Below are positions 1 to 10,374 of a stretch of DNA of 59,348 nt, one piece after another (position 1 is the first letter of the stretch; the number at the start of each line of letters is the position of its first letter). The position numbers and the translations under genes are program-made. The notes beneath the pieces were generated by a model, which was not told the origin of the DNA, did no database searches, and saw nothing but the letters and a program-made list of their open reading frames with translations. Source of the DNA: Rhodocyclaceae bacterium (GTDB lineage: Bacteria; Pseudomonadota; Gammaproteobacteria; Burkholderiales; Rhodocyclaceae); assembly GCA_036391735.1 (NCBI GenBank), contig DASVZI010000063.1:1-59348 (forward strand), written 5' to 3'.

Positions 1-1
1 C

Positions 2-376
2 GCCCAGGTGATGTGCAAGGTGCTGCAGAGCCGCGGCCTGCGCATCGTTTCCGGCCGCACCGAGTCCCACGTCTTCCTGGTCGACCTGCGCGCCAAGAAC
101 ATCACCGGCAAGGAAGCCGAAGCGGTGCTGGGCAAGGCCCATATCACGGTCAACAAGAACGCCATCCCCAACGATCCGCAGAAGCCCTTCGTCACCTCCG
201 GCATCCGCATCGGCACGCCGGCCATGACGACCCGCGGCTTCACCGAGATCGAGGCCGAGAAGGTCGCCAACCTGATCGCCGACGTGCTCGATGCGCCGGC
301 CGACGAGTCGGTGATCGAGACGGTGCGCGGCAAGGTGGCCGAGCTGTGCAAGAAGTTCCCGGTGTACGGCGCCTAA
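2..376 (+). CDS. glyA: serine hydroxymethyltransferase, C-terminal fragment (5-prime end lies outside the window)
   Basis: ORF 8..376 translation (VFLVDL...NAIPNDP...[16 protein letters not shown]) is a typical SHMT C-terminus; frame stays open to the window edge. Confidence 0.85.
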   Translation, partial: AQVMCKVLQSRGLRIVSGRTESHVFLVDLRAKNITGKEAEAVLGKAHITVNKNAIPNDPQKPFVTSGIRIGTPAMTTRGFTEIEAEKVANLIADVLDAPADESVIETVRGKVAELCKKFPVYGA

Positions 377-382
377 GAAGCC

Positions 383-859
383 ATGAAGTGCCCCTACTGC
401 GCTGACCCGAACACGCAGGTAGTGGACACCCGTGAGAACGAGGACGGCGACACCGTACGTCGCCGTCGTCGCTGCCTCACCTGCGACAAGCGCTTCACCA
501 CCTACGAGCGCGTCGAATTGCAGCTGCCGCTGGTGGTGAAGAAGAACGGCAGCCGCACCGAATACGACCGCGACAAGCTCAAGTCCAGCATGATGCTGGC
601 GCTGCGCAAGCGGCCGGTCACCACCGAGAGCCTCGACGCGGCGATCGACCGCATCGAGGAGAAGCTGGTGCAGATGGCCGAGCGCGAGGTCGCGTCCGAC
701 CGCATCGGCGAACTGGTGATCCGCGAGCTCAAGAAGCTCGACAAGGTCGCCTACATCCGCTTCGCTTCGGTCTATCGCAACTTCGAGGACCTCGACGAGT
801 TCTCCGATGCCATCCGCGAGGTCAAGAAGCCGCGCGTGAGGCGTCCCCGCCCGGCATGA
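383..859 (+). CDS. nrdR: transcriptional repressor NrdR (Zn-ribbon/ATP-cone)
   Basis: [18 protein letters not shown]...[17 protein letters not shown], 158 aa; in glyA-nrdR-ribD synteny. Confidence 0.9.
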   Translation: MKCPYCADPNTQVVDTRENEDGDTVRRRRRCLTCDKRFTTYERVELQLPLVVKKNGSRTEYDRDKLKSSMMLALRKRPVTTESLDAAIDRIEEKLVQMAEREVASDRIGELVIRELKKLDKVAYIRFASVYRNFEDLDEFSDAIREVKKPRVRRPRPA

Positions 860-1950
860 AGTTCACCGCCGCCGATCACCGATTCATGGCTCAAGCGCTC
901 GGCCTGGCCGCGCACGGCCTTTACACCACCACGCCGAACCCGCGCGTCGGCTGCGTGCTGGTGCGCGACGGCACGGCGGTCGGCGAAGGCTGGCACGAGA
1001 AGGCCGGCGGGCCGCATGCCGAGGTTGTCGCGCTGCGCGAGGCCGGCGAGCGTGCGCGCGGCGCGACCGCCTACGTCACGCTTGAGCCTTGCAGCCATCA
1101 CGGCCGCACGCCGCCCTGCGCCGACGCCCTCATCGCGGCCGGCGTGACGCGCGTGGTAGCCGCCATGGAGGACCCCAATCCGCAGGTCGCCGGAAAGGGT
1201 CTGGCGCGCCTTGCCGCAGCGGGCATCGCGACGTCCGCTGGCCTGATGGCGGCCGAAGCGAACGAACTCAACATCGGCTTCGTCTCCCGCATGACGCGCG
1301 GCCGCCCCTGGCTTCGGCTCAAGGCTGCAATCAGCCTCGACGGCCGGACGGCGCTGGCCAACGGCAAGTCGCAATGGATCACCGGGCCCGATGCGCGCCG
1401 CGACGCCCATGCCTTCCGCGCGCGCTCGTGCGCCATTCTGACGGGCATCGGCACGGTGCGCGACGACGATCCCAGCCTGACCGTGCGCGAAGTGGAAACC
1501 CCGCGGCAGCCGCTGCGCGTCGTGCTCGACGGCTGGCTCGAACTGCCGCCGACGTCGCGCATCCTGCAGGGCGGAAACACGCTGGTCTTCTGCTCCAGCG
1601 AGGACGAGGCCCGCACCGCCACGCTGCGCGAGCGGGGTGCCGAGGTGGTTTTCCTGCCCGACGGCACGGGCCGCGTCGATCTCGCCGGCATGCTGGCCGA
1701 GCTCGGACGCCGCGGCATCAACGAGATTCTGGTGGAGGCGGGCGCAAGGCTCAACGGCGCGCTCATCAACGCGGGGTTGGTGGACGAGTTGCTGATCTAC
1801 CAGGCGCCCATCCTGCTCGGCGACAAGGCGCGCGGCCTGGCCGTACTGCCGGAACTGACCGAACTGGCCAGCCGGCAGCAACTCGAAGTCTTCGACAGCC
1901 GGCGCGTCGGCCGCGACCAGCGCCTGCGCGCGCGCTTCAAGACCGCCTAG
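856..1950 (+). CDS. ribD: bifunctional riboflavin biosynthesis deaminase/reductase RibD
   Basis: CMP/dCMP deaminase zinc motif (HAEVVAL...[13 protein letters not shown]) plus C-terminal reductase domain; ATGA overlap with nrdR stop. Confidence 0.9.
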   Translation: MKFTAADHRFMAQALGLAAHGLYTTTPNPRVGCVLVRDGTAVGEGWHEKAGGPHAEVVALREAGERARGATAYVTLEPCSHHGRTPPCADALIAAGVTRVVAAMEDPNPQVAGKGLARLAAAGIATSAGLMAAEANELNIGFVSRMTRGRPWLRLKAAISLDGRTALANGKSQWITGPDARRDAHAFRARSCAILTGIGTVRDDDPSLTVREVETPRQPLRVVLDGWLELPPTSRILQGGNTLVFCSSEDEARTATLRERGAEVVFLPDGTGRVDLAGMLAELGRRGINEILVEAGARLNGALINAGLVDELLIYQAPILLGDKARGLAVLPELTELASRQQLEVFDSRRVGRDQRLRARFKTA

Positions 1951-1955
1951 CCGGC

Positions 1956-2315
1956 ATGCGCTCCGGCGACCACCGCGACTTTCCCGGGCGCGTCGCCCTC
2001 ATTGCGCTGCTGCGGGTCGGCCATGTCGCAGGCGTCGTCGGCCTCGGCAGCGCGCTGCTGCACGGCGAACCGCCGACCGGCGCTTTCCCCCTGCTGCTGG
2101 TCGTCGCCGGACTCGGCATCGCGCTGCTCGACAGTTGGTCCAATCGCGCCTATCTGAGGCAGGTGAGCGGCCTTGCCGTGGTGCTGAAGGCGGGTCTTCT
2201 GGCCGCGCTGGCGGCCCTCGGCGCGCTGGGCTCGCCGGCCTTCTGGGGATTGCTGGTGTTCTCGGTGGTCATTGCACACGCGCCGGGCCGCGTGCGGCAT
2301 CGCCGCATGCTCTAG
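1956..2315 (+). CDS. hypothetical small membrane protein
   Basis: 119 aa hydrophobic product (LLLVVAGLGIALL..., LLAALAALGALGSP...) starting just after ribD; the long upstream part of ORF 1089..2315 is an antisense/overlap artifact. Confidence 0.35.
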   Translation: MRSGDHRDFPGRVALIALLRVGHVAGVVGLGSALLHGEPPTGAFPLLLVVAGLGIALLDSWSNRAYLRQVSGLAVVLKAGLLAALAALGALGSPAFWGLLVFSVVIAHAPGRVRHRRML

Positions 2316-2764
2316 AACCGGCGTTTCCCATCGCGACGGCGCCTCGTAGGCGACCCGCTGTTCTCCGGGGCATCGGGTGGGCCGCCGAGGATGGTAATCG
2401 ATCCCGGCCGAATGCGAATGCCGGGGGAATGCGTTAGCATCCTGGCATGTCGTTCGATCCGAACCTGACGCCGGCTGCGATCCTGGAGCGCATCAAGCTC
2501 GGCTTCGCCGAATTGCGCAAGCTGCCGCCCGTCCAGCTCTGGCGCCGCTTCATGAATGCCGGCGTCATCGTCGCCGCACTGTTCGCCCTGGCGGCCTTCG
2601 GCAAGGTCGGGTTCATGCTGGTGGTCGCCGCCCGGGCGCTCTGGCTTGCCTGGCAGCTCGGCCCGCCCTTTCCCGAAGTCATCTCCGCCGCACGGCCGAA
2701 AGGCCAGCGATCGGGGAGATCCGATTCACGTCCCTCGTCTTCCATCTTCACCGGAGTACGCGCC

Positions 2765-3559
2765 ATGCCTTCCCTGATCGCCAAAGCCGCCGCCGTCGTC
2801 GTCATCCTGCTGCTGCTGTGGATCTTCTCTCCCTTCGCCATCGTGCCGGCCGGCAGCCGCGGCGTCGTCACCACCTTCGGCAAGGTGTCGCCCGACGTGC
2901 TCGACGAGGGCTTGCACCTCATCATCCCGGTCGCGCAGACGGTCCACCTGATGGACGTCCGCATCCAGAAGGGCGAAGGTGCCGGCGATGCGGCGTCGCG
3001 CGACCTGCAGCAGGTGCACACGACGGTGGCGCTCAATTTCCATGTCAATCCCGCCGAGGCCGCCAACGTCTTCCGCGACCTCGGGCAGAACATCGGCGAC
3101 CGCATCATCGTGCCCGCGGTGCAGGAAGCGGTGAAGGCGGCTACCGCGCAATACACGGCGGAGGAACTGATCGCCAAGCGGCCGGAGGTGCGCGACCGCA
3201 TCCGCGCGCTGCTCACCGAGCGCCTGGTGCGGCATGGCGTGGTCGTGGACGAGTTCTCCATCGTGAACTTCGCCTTCTCCAAGAGCTTCAACGAGGCGAT
3301 CGAAGCGAAGACCACGGCCGAGCAGCTCAAGCTGAAGGCCGAGCGCGACCTTCAGCGCATCCGCGTGGAGGCCGAGCAGAAGGTGACGCAGGCCAAGGCC
3401 GAGGCCGAGTCGCTGGCGCTGCAGAAGCAGCAGGTGACCTCGGAGCTCATCCGGCTGCGGGAGATCGAGAACCAGCGCCGCGCCATCGAGAAGTGGGACG
3501 GCAAGCTGCCGCAGGTGTCGGGCGGCGCGACGCCCTTCATCAACGTCCAGCCGAGGTAG
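2765..3559 (+). CDS. SPFH/band-7 (prohibitin-like) membrane protein
   Basis: N-terminal TM helix then SPFH core (GSRGVVTTFGKV...IIPVAQTVHLMDVRIQ) and C-terminal coiled coil; GGAG about 10 nt upstream of the ATG; the same frame stays open back to 2447 (see findings). Confidence 0.75.
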   Translation: MPSLIAKAAAVVVILLLLWIFSPFAIVPAGSRGVVTTFGKVSPDVLDEGLHLIIPVAQTVHLMDVRIQKGEGAGDAASRDLQQVHTTVALNFHVNPAEAANVFRDLGQNIGDRIIVPAVQEAVKAATAQYTAEELIAKRPEVRDRIRALLTERLVRHGVVVDEFSIVNFAFSKSFNEAIEAKTTAEQLKLKAERDLQRIRVEAEQKVTQAKAEAESLALQKQQVTSELIRLREIENQRRAIEKWDGKLPQVSGGATPFINVQPR

Positions 3560-3572
3560 GAGGAAGCGCGGT

Positions 3573-4337
3573 TCAGGACCGCGGGTGGGCCGCGGAGCCG
3601 CAGACCGCGCAGTGCGGATCGCGGGGCACCGCGATGCTGCGCCATTCCATGGCCAGCCCGTCGAGCAGCAGCAGCCGGCCCGCGAGGCTTTCGCCGCAGC
3701 CGATCAGGATCTTGAGGGCTTCGGCGGCCTGGGTCGTGCCGACCATGCCGGTCAGCGGCGCGAACACGCCCATGATGGCGCAGCGCATTTCCTCGACGTC
3801 CTGGCTTTCGGGAAACAGGCAGTGGTAGCAAGGGGCGTCTTCGCGCCGCTTGTCGAACACGGCGATCTGGCCGTCGAAGCGGATCGCGGCGCCGGACACG
3901 AGCGGCACCTTGTGCGCCACGCAGGCGCGATTGACCGCGTGGCGGGTCGTGAAGTTGTCGCAGCAGTCGAGCACGACGTCGGCCCGCGCGACTTCGGCAT
4001 CGAGCGCCGCGCCGGCGAGGCGTTCGGTGAGGGGAATCACCTTGCAGAGCGGATTGATGCCCGCCAGCGTGCGCGCGCCCGACTCGGCCTTCGCCACGCC
4101 GACCGAGGCCGTGGTGTGCAAGATCTGGCGCTGCAGGTTGGTGAGGTCGACCGTGTCGCCGTCGGCCAGCGCCAGCGTGCCGATCCCGGCCGAGGCGAGA
4201 TAGTAGGCGGCCGGCGAGCCGAGGCCGCCGGCGCCGATCACCAGCGCCCGCGCCGCCAGCAGCTTCTCCTGCCCTTCGACGCCGATCTCGGGCAGCAGGA
4301 TGTGTCGGCTGTAGCGGAGGAGCTGCTCGTCGTTCAC
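3573..4337 (-). CDS. moeB: molybdopterin-synthase adenylyltransferase (ThiF/MoeB family)
   Basis: RYSRHILLPEIG...VIGAGGLGSPAAYYLASAGIG...CxxC pair near C-terminus. Confidence 0.85.
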   Translation of the reverse strand: MNDEQLLRYSRHILLPEIGVEGQEKLLAARALVIGAGGLGSPAAYYLASAGIGTLALADGDTVDLTNLQRQILHTTASVGVAKAESGARTLAGINPLCKVIPLTERLAGAALDAEVARADVVLDCCDNFTTRHAVNRACVAHKVPLVSGAAIRFDGQIAVFDKRREDAPCYHCLFPESQDVEEMRCAIMGVFAPLTGMVGTTQAAEALKILIGCGESLAGRLLLLDGLAMEWRSIAVPRDPHCAVCGSAAHPRS

Positions 4338-4359
4338 TGCAAAACCTCTAGCAAGGAGC

Positions 4360-4824
4360 TCAGCGGTCTTGCCTGAGTTCGACCGGCGTATCGTCGTGGT
4401 CGCCGTGCGGATGATGCTCCCAGGCCTTCGAGTAGATCTCGTTGGACTTCTTGATGAGGCGCTCGGGCTGGTGCATGTTGCGCAGCTGGGTCTCTTCGCA
4501 GAAGTACACCAGCGCGCGGATCATCTTGCAGTAGAGGGTGTTCTCGAGATGGAAGCCCTGCGCGATCAGCGCGCTTTCCAGGCCTTCCATCGTGTAGTCG
4601 GTGATCTCGTACCAGACCGAGACGCTGTTGGGCAGCATGCCGGGCGCGACCTCGATCCGCTCGAGGCTGCCGAGCAGCGCCTGGGCCTGCTCGACCTGCC
4701 ACGGACGCAGCTTGTTGAAGCGAATCTCGCGGTGCTTGCGGGTGCCCGCCTGGGGCGCCAGAGCGTGGGGGCGATGCAGCCCCCGCTCCTTGTCCCGCAT
4801 CAGTCTGGCACGTTCGACGTCCAC
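4360..4824 (-). CDS. conserved hypothetical protein with His/Asp-rich C-terminus
   Basis: 154 aa ORF, C-terminal HHPHGDHDD; no recognisable family; true start may be an internal Met (MLPNSVSVWYEITDY...). Confidence 0.4.
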   Translation of the reverse strand: MDVERARLMRDKERGLHRPHALAPQAGTRKHREIRFNKLRPWQVEQAQALLGSLERIEVAPGMLPNSVSVWYEITDYTMEGLESALIAQGFHLENTLYCKMIRALVYFCEETQLRNMHQPERLIKKSNEIYSKAWEHHPHGDHDDTPVELRQDR

Positions 4825-4841
4825 GATGCGAGCGCGCCGGG

Positions 4842-6257
4842 TCAGTGCTTGATGATCTGCCAGGCCTTCAGCAGATTCACCGCTTGTCCGAGCTGGTAGT
4901 CGTTCTTGCCGGCGACCTCGAAGGCCGGCGGCTTGGCGGCTTCTTCGTCTTCCGGCTTGCCGTTCTTCACGTGCGGCTTGGAGACCTTGTCGGCCTTGCC
5001 GGCGGACTGGTCCTTGTCGTTGTCGAGATGGCGCTCCAGGTCGGCCTCGCGGATGCGCTCGCGGGTGTCGCCGTTGGCGGACTCCTCGACGACGACGTCG
5101 GGCGTGATGCCCTTGGCCTGGATCGAGCGGCCGCTCGGCGTGTAGTAGCGCGCCGTGGTCAGCTTGATGGCCGTATTGTTGGGCAGCGGCAGGATGGTCT
5201 GCACCGAGCCCTTGCCGAACGTCTGGGTGCCCATGATGACGGCGCGATGATGATCCTGCAGCGCACCGGCGACGATCTCGGAAGCCGAGGCGGAGCCGCC
5301 GTTGACCAGCACGACCAGCGGAACCCCCTTGGCTGCGGCCGGCAAGGTCTTCAGCAGATCGTCCTTCTGGCCGCGCAGGTAGTCGTCGGTGCTCGCCAGG
5401 TACTTGCGCTTGGCGTCCTCGGTGCGCCCGTCGGTCGACACCACCAGGCTCTTCGCCGGCAGGAAGGCGGCCGAAACGCCGATGGCGCTGTGCAGCAGGC
5501 CGCCCGGGTCGTTGCGCAGGTCGAGCACCAGGCCCTTTAGGGTCTCGGGCTTGCCGTCCGCCGACTTGTTGGCCTCTGCGGCGCGGAACAGCTTGTCGAG
5601 ATGCTTGGCGACGTCGGCGGTGGTCTCTTCCTGGAACTGCGTGATGCGCAGGTAGCCGTAGCCCGGCTCGATCATCTTCGACTTGACGCTCTGCACCTTG
5701 ATCTTGTCGCGCAGGATGGTGAGCTCGATCGGCTTGGTCTCGCCCTTGCGCACGATGGTGAGCTTGAGCGGGGTCTTCGGCTTGCCGCGCATGCGCTTGA
5801 CGGCGTCGTTGAGGGTCATGCCCTTCACCGGCGTCTCGTCGAGCTTGATGATGAGGTCGCCGGCCTTGACGCCGGCGCGGTCGGCCGGGGTGTCCTCGAT
5901 CGGCGAGACGACCTTGACGAAGCCGTCTTCCATGCCGACCTCGATGCCCAGCCCGCCGAATTCGCCCTGCGTGCTGACCTGCAGGTCCTTGAAGGCGTCC
6001 GCGTCGAGGTAGGCGGAATGCGGATCCAGGTTGGACAGCATGCCGGAGATCGCGTAGGTGATCAGCTTCTTGTCGTCGATGGGCTCGACGTAACCCTGCT
6101 TGATCGCGCTGAACACATCGGCGAAGGAGCGCAGCTCCTCGACCGGCAGCGGGCTCGGTCCGTCCTTTTGCGCGATGGCGGAAAAGTTGACGCTGATGAG
6201 GATGCCGGCGACGAGTCCGATGAAGACGAGACCGGCCTTTTGTAGCTTGCTGCGCAT
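4842..6257 (-). CDS. ctpA: carboxy-terminal processing protease (S41 family)
   Basis: PDZ domain (GLGIEVGMEDGFVKVVSPIEDTPADRAGVKAGDLIIKLD) and S41 catalytic core (VVLVNGGSASASEIVAGALQDHHRAVIMGTQTFGKGSVQ); start placed at MRSKLQ with GGAG upstream. Confidence 0.9.
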   Translation of the reverse strand: MRSKLQKAGLVFIGLVAGILISVNFSAIAQKDGPSPLPVEELRSFADVFSAIKQGYVEPIDDKKLITYAISGMLSNLDPHSAYLDADAFKDLQVSTQGEFGGLGIEVGMEDGFVKVVSPIEDTPADRAGVKAGDLIIKLDETPVKGMTLNDAVKRMRGKPKTPLKLTIVRKGETKPIELTILRDKIKVQSVKSKMIEPGYGYLRITQFQEETTADVAKHLDKLFRAAEANKSADGKPETLKGLVLDLRNDPGGLLHSAIGVSAAFLPAKSLVVSTDGRTEDAKRKYLASTDDYLRGQKDDLLKTLPAAAKGVPLVVLVNGGSASASEIVAGALQDHHRAVIMGTQTFGKGSVQTILPLPNNTAIKLTTARYYTPSGRSIQAKGITPDVVVEESANGDTRERIREADLERHLDNDKDQSAGKADKVSKPHVKNGKPEDEEAAKPPAFEVAGKNDYQLGQAVNLLKAWQIIKH

Positions 6258-6277
6258 GGAATCTCCGGGGGGACGCA

Positions 6278-7501
6278 CTAGCGCAGGCTCGCCCATTTCA
6301 GAGGGTCGAACGCCTGCCCCTGGTGCCTGAGTTCAAAGTATAAACCTGATTCTACGTTGCCACCGCTGTTGCCCACGGTGGCAATGACCTGACCGGCAGC
6401 CACGTTTTCGCCCGCCTGCAGCAGCAGCGATTCGTTGTTGCCATAGACCGACAGGAAGCCGTCGCCGTGGTCGACGATCATCAGGTTGCCGAAGCCGCGC
6501 AGCCAATCGGCGAACACCACGCTGCCCGCCGCTACGCTTCGCACCTCGCTGCCTTCCGGGGCGCGGATGAACAGGCCTTTCCACGTCGCGCCGCTCTCGG
6601 CGCGGCGGCCGCCGAAGCGGCCCGCGATCTCGCCGCGCACCGGAAGGTGCAGCCGCCCCTTCAATGCGGCGAAGGCGCCGCCGGCATCCGCCGGATCGGG
6701 GACCCGCGCATTGCGCACGGTGGTCTCGGGCGCCGGTCGGGCCGCCTTGACCTTCGCATGGGGACGCGCCGCGGCGATCCGGGCGAGGCCCTCGATCAGC
6801 TTGCCGAGGCGCTGCTCGTCGCGCTTCATGGTGCCGATCTCGCGCTGCTGGGCGCGGATGCGGCCCGCCACCTTGGCGAGGGTCGCCTGGCGCTGCTGGC
6901 GCTGGTCGACCAGGGCGGCACGCTCCTGCTGCTGCTGCTTCTCGATCGACGCCAGCTCCTCGGTCTTGGCGCGCGCGGCGTCGGCCAGCCGGGTCTTCTC
7001 CGTCGCGGCGGCGCGCAGGCTGCCGATGAGGTCGGCCTTGGCCTTCGACAGCAGGGTCAGGAAGTGGTAGTCGCGCGCCGCCTGGTTGGGATCGCGGCCG
7101 GCGATGACGAGCTGCATCGCGTCGGATTCGCCGCGCACGTAATGGCGGAACATCAGGCGCGCCAGCTGCTGCTGCTGGGTCTCGGTCTGGCTCAGCAGCT
7201 TGCGCGTCTGCTGCTCGAGCTCGGCGAGATCGGCAGCCGCCTGGGTGCGCTGGCCAGCCAGGTCGCGCAGGCGGCGGTTGGCGTCGGAAATGGCCGATTC
7301 GGTCTCGCGCAGCTGGTCCGCGGCGTAGGCCCGGGACTCCTCGCTCTTGGCGAGATCGCGGCGCAGCGCGTCGATGCGGCCGCGCAGATCGGAGAGTTCG
7401 GCCTTCTTCTCGGCGATCGGCGCTGCGGCGGCCGCCAGCGGCAGCCACAGCGCCGCCAGCAAGGCCGTTGCCCGCTTACTTGGCCTTGCCTTGGTTGGCA
7501 A
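6278..7501 (-). CDS. M23-peptidase domain murein hydrolase activator (EnvC-like)
   Basis: Signal peptide, long coiled-coil (Q/A/R/E-rich), C-terminal LytM/M23 domain ([48 protein letters not shown]); 26-nt overlap with gpmA. Confidence 0.85.
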   Translation of the reverse strand: MPTKARPSKRATALLAALWLPLAAAAAPIAEKKAELSDLRGRIDALRRDLAKSEESRAYAADQLRETESAISDANRRLRDLAGQRTQAAADLAELEQQTRKLLSQTETQQQQLARLMFRHYVRGESDAMQLVIAGRDPNQAARDYHFLTLLSKAKADLIGSLRAAATEKTRLADAARAKTEELASIEKQQQQERAALVDQRQQRQATLAKVAGRIRAQQREIGTMKRDEQRLGKLIEGLARIAAARPHAKVKAARPAPETTVRNARVPDPADAGGAFAALKGRLHLPVRGEIAGRFGGRRAESGATWKGLFIRAPEGSEVRSVAAGSVVFADWLRGFGNLMIVDHGDGFLSVYGNNESLLLQAGENVAAGQVIATVGNSGGNVESGLYFELRHQGQAFDPLKWASLR

Positions 7502-8222
7502 CGGCTTCCATCGCCTTCTTGATCGCCTCGGCGTCGCCGAGGTAGTAGTGCTTGATCGGCTTCAGCTCGGCATCCAGTTCGTAGACCAGCGGCTGCGCCG
7601 TCGGGATGTTGAGCTCGACGATGTCGGCGTCCGAGACGTTGTCGAGGTACTTGATGAGCGCGCGCAGGCTGTTGCCGTGCGCGGCGATGATGACGCGCTG
7701 GCCTGCCTTGACGGCCGGGGCGATGGTCTCGAGCCAGTAAGGTACGAAGCGGGCGACCGTGTCCTTCAGGCACTCGGTGCGCGGGAACTGGCCGGCCGGG
7801 ATGTCGGCGTAGCGGGGATCGTCGGCATCGATGCGCGGGTCGCCGTCCGGCAGCGGCGGCGGCGGGGTATCGTAGGCGCGGCGCCAGATCTTGACCTGGG
7901 CGTCGCCGTATTTGGCGGCCGTCTCGGCCTTGTTGAGTCCCTGCAGCGCCCCATAGTGGCGCTCGTTCAGCCGCCAGGAATGCTCGACGGGAATCCACAG
8001 CTGATCGAGCTCTTCCAGCACCACGTTGAGGGTCTTGTTGGCGCGCTTCAGCACCGAGGTGAAGGCGAGGTCGAAGCGGTAGCCTTCCTGCCTGAGCAAT
8101 TGGCCCGCCGCGACCGCCTCGGCACGTCCCTTTTCGGTGAGGTCGACGTCGGTCCAGCCGGTGAAGCGGTTTTCCTGGTTCCAGGTGGATTCGCCGTGGC
8201 GAAGGAGAACGATCTTGTGCAT
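7476..8222 (-). CDS. gpmA: 2,3-bisphosphoglycerate-dependent phosphoglycerate mutase
   Basis: [28 protein letters not shown]... 249 aa; the supplied ORF 7476..8669 extends upstream as an artifact. Confidence 0.9.
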   Translation of the reverse strand: MHKIVLLRHGESTWNQENRFTGWTDVDLTEKGRAEAVAAGQLLRQEGYRFDLAFTSVLKRANKTLNVVLEELDQLWIPVEHSWRLNERHYGALQGLNKAETAAKYGDAQVKIWRRAYDTPPPPLPDGDPRIDADDPRYADIPAGQFPRTECLKDTVARFVPYWLETIAPAVKAGQRVIIAAHGNSLRALIKYLDNVSDADIVELNIPTAQPLVYELDAELKPIKHYYLGDAEAIKKAMEAVANQGKAK

Positions 8223-8350
8223 GGGATTTCGCGCGGAATTGATTGGACAGCCGGGAATGATAAGGCGCCGGGGGCGGCATGCGCCAGATTTGCCGCGGTT
8301 CGGCGCTTCCAGTGCTTTATAATATTCGGAAATTGGAGGCGGAGCCCGAA

Positions 8351-8671
8351 GTGAATACCAGCATTGTGGATTTGGTCGACCACAGGGAGCACATCGAAAC
8401 GGCGGCGCGGGCGCTAAAGGCGATCTCGCATCCGCTGCGCCTGAAAATCCTCTGCGTGCTCGGTCCGGACGAGGTCTGCGTCCAGGACATCGTCGAGGCG
8501 GTCGGCACCTCGCAGAGCAACATCTCGCAGCATCTGGCGATCCTGCGCGACAAGGGCGTGCTGCAGACCCGCAAGGATGCCAACCGGGTCTTCTACCGCG
8601 TCGCCGACCAGCGCACGCTGCAGTTGGTGGCACTGATGCGCGAAGTGTTCTGCGGCGTATCGCCGCCATAA
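8351..8671 (+). CDS. ArsR/SmtB-family transcriptional regulator with paired Cys (C-x8-C)
   Basis: wHTH ([47 protein letters not shown]); GTG start after GGAGG; TATAAT-like element about 30 nt upstream. Confidence 0.75.
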   Translation: MNTSIVDLVDHREHIETAARALKAISHPLRLKILCVLGPDEVCVQDIVEAVGTSQSNISQHLAILRDKGVLQTRKDANRVFYRVADQRTLQLVALMREVFCGVSPP

Positions 8672-8704
8672 GTCCTCACATCTCTTTCCTTTAGAAGGTC
8701 ATCC

Positions 8705-9109
8705 ATGGAGTTCATTCAGGAGAACATCACCTGGGTCCTGCTGGCGGTCGTCAGCGGCGGCATGCTGCTTTGGACCACGCTGAAAGGCACCGCCGGCATC
8801 AGCGTCGCCGAGGCCACCAGCCTCATCAACCGCGAGGACGGCGTCGTGGTCGACGTGCGCGAGACCGGCGAGTGGTCGAGCGGCCACATCCCCAATGCCC
8901 GCCACATCGCCCTCGGGCAGCTCGGCGACCACATCTCGGAGCTTTCGAAGGTCAAGGACAAGCCGATCATCGTCTGCTGCGCCAGCGGCAACCGCTCCTC
9001 GTCCGCTTGCGCCACGCTGAAGAAGGCTGGTTTCGAGCGCGTCTTCAACCTCGCCGGCGGCATGGGTGCCTGGCGCGATGCCGGCCTGCCGGTGACCACC
9101 AAGGGCTGA
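8705..9109 (+). CDS. membrane-anchored rhodanese-domain sulfurtransferase (YibN-like)
   Basis: N-terminal TM helix, rhodanese fold with active-site CCASGNRS; conserved position before grxC-secB-gpsA as in E. coli yibN. Confidence 0.85.
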   Translation: MEFIQENITWVLLAVVSGGMLLWTTLKGTAGISVAEATSLINREDGVVVDVRETGEWSSGHIPNARHIALGQLGDHISELSKVKDKPIIVCCASGNRSSSACATLKKAGFERVFNLAGGMGAWRDAGLPVTTKG

Positions 9110-9127
9110 CCCTTCGGAGACATAGCC

Positions 9128-9391
9128 ATGGCCAAAGTCCAGATGTATGCCACCGCCGTCTGCCCCTACTGCATCCGCGCCGAGCAGCTCCTGAAGCGCA
9201 AGGGCGTGACGGACATCGAGAAGATCCGCGTCGATCTCGAACCGGAACGCCGCAAGGAGATGGAAACGCGGGTGCCCGGCGCGCGCACCGTGCCGCAGAT
9301 CTTCATCGGCGAGACGCACGTCGGCGGCTGCGACGATCTCCACGAACTGGAGCGGCTGGGCAAGCTCGACGCGCTGCTGGCGGCCGCCTGA
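9128..9391 (+). CDS. grxC: glutaredoxin 3
   Basis: CPYC active site (VQMYATAVCPYCIRAEQLL), 87 aa. Confidence 0.9.
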   Translation: MAKVQMYATAVCPYCIRAEQLLKRKGVTDIEKIRVDLEPERRKEMETRVPGARTVPQIFIGETHVGGCDDLHELERLGKLDALLAAA

Positions 9392-9436
9392 CGCGGCCGG
9401 CATGTTCTAATACGCCTTTTTCGACCGCAGACCATC

Positions 9437-9925
9437 ATGACCGACGCAGCGCAGCAGCAAGCAGGGCAACCCGTTTTCAACGTCGAGAAGCTCTACGTCA
9501 AGGACCTCTCCCTCGAAGTGCCGAATGCGCCGCAGTGTTTCCTCGAGCGCGAGCAGCCGGAAATCCAGGTGCAGCTGGCCACCACCGGCACGGCGGTCGG
9601 CGAGGCCATCTTCGACGTCGTCCTCACCGTGACGGTCACCGCGAAGCTGAAGGAAAAGACGCTGTTCCTGGTGGAAGTCGCCCAGGCCGGCCTGTTCCAC
9701 ATCCGCAACGTGCCGGACCAGGACCTCGAGCCGATCATCGGCGTTGCCTGTCCCAACATCATGTTCCCCTACGCGCGCGAAGTGATCTCCGACGCCGTGG
9801 TGCGCGCCGGCTTCCCGCCCGTCATCCTGGCGCCGGTCAACTTCGAGAACATGTACCACCAGCGCCTGCAGCAGCAGGCTCAATCGGGCGGAGCCGCCGC
9901 CGAAGGCGCGCCCCAGATTCAGTAA
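9437..9925 (+). CDS. secB: protein-export chaperone SecB
   Basis: FNVEKLYVKDLSLEVPNAPQ... typical SecB, 162 aa. Confidence 0.9.
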   Translation: MTDAAQQQAGQPVFNVEKLYVKDLSLEVPNAPQCFLEREQPEIQVQLATTGTAVGEAIFDVVLTVTVTAKLKEKTLFLVEVAQAGLFHIRNVPDQDLEPIIGVACPNIMFPYAREVISDAVVRAGFPPVILAPVNFENMYHQRLQQQAQSGGAAAEGAPQIQ

Positions 9926-9929
9926 GCCC

Positions 9930-10361
9930 ATGCGCCGGCTCGCGCTGCTCGCCGCACTCGTCCTCGCCGGACCCGCCTGGGCGCTCGATTACCTGTCGGT
10001 GGCCGAGCCGGCCGTCATGTACGATGCGCCATCGGCGAAGGCGCGCCCGCTGTTCGCCATCGCGCCCGGCACGCCGGTCGAGGCCGTCGTCACGCTCGAC
10101 GCCTGGGTCAAGGTGCGCGATCCCAAGGGCGATCTGGCCTGGATCGAGAAGCGCTTCCTCAGCCAGCAGCGCACCGTGATGGTGAAGGCCGACCGCGCCC
10201 AGGTGTATGCCCAGCCCGACGACAAGTCGCCGTTGGTGTTCGAGGCCGCGAAGGACGTCGTCCTCGAATTCGTCGAGCCGGGCCCGCTCGGCTGGGCGAA
10301 GGTCAGGCATCGCGACGGTCAGGGCGGCTTCATCAAGGCCTCGCAGGTCTGGGGTCTGTAG
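9930..10361 (+). CDS. periplasmic SH3-like domain protein
   Basis: Signal peptide ([18 protein letters not shown]) and two SH3b-like segments; conserved slot between secB and gpsA. Confidence 0.55.
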   Translation: MRRLALLAALVLAGPAWALDYLSVAEPAVMYDAPSAKARPLFAIAPGTPVEAVVTLDAWVKVRDPKGDLAWIEKRFLSQQRTVMVKADRAQVYAQPDDKSPLVFEAAKDVVLEFVEPGPLGWAKVRHRDGQGGFIKASQVWGL

Positions 10362-10374
10362 GGACTCGATTGCC

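Noticed and set aside
1089-2315. 408-aa plus-strand ORF spanning ribD in another frame
   Set aside because: It overlaps ribD out of frame with an Arg/Pro-rich artifact translation; only the 3-prime portion after the ribD stop (1956..2315) is plausibly coding.
7476-7501. 26-nt overlap between the EnvC-like start and the gpmA stop as a possible mis-call
   Set aside because: Moving the start downstream would delete the basic n-region of an otherwise canonical signal peptide, so the overlap is accepted. The start could not be confirmed independently.
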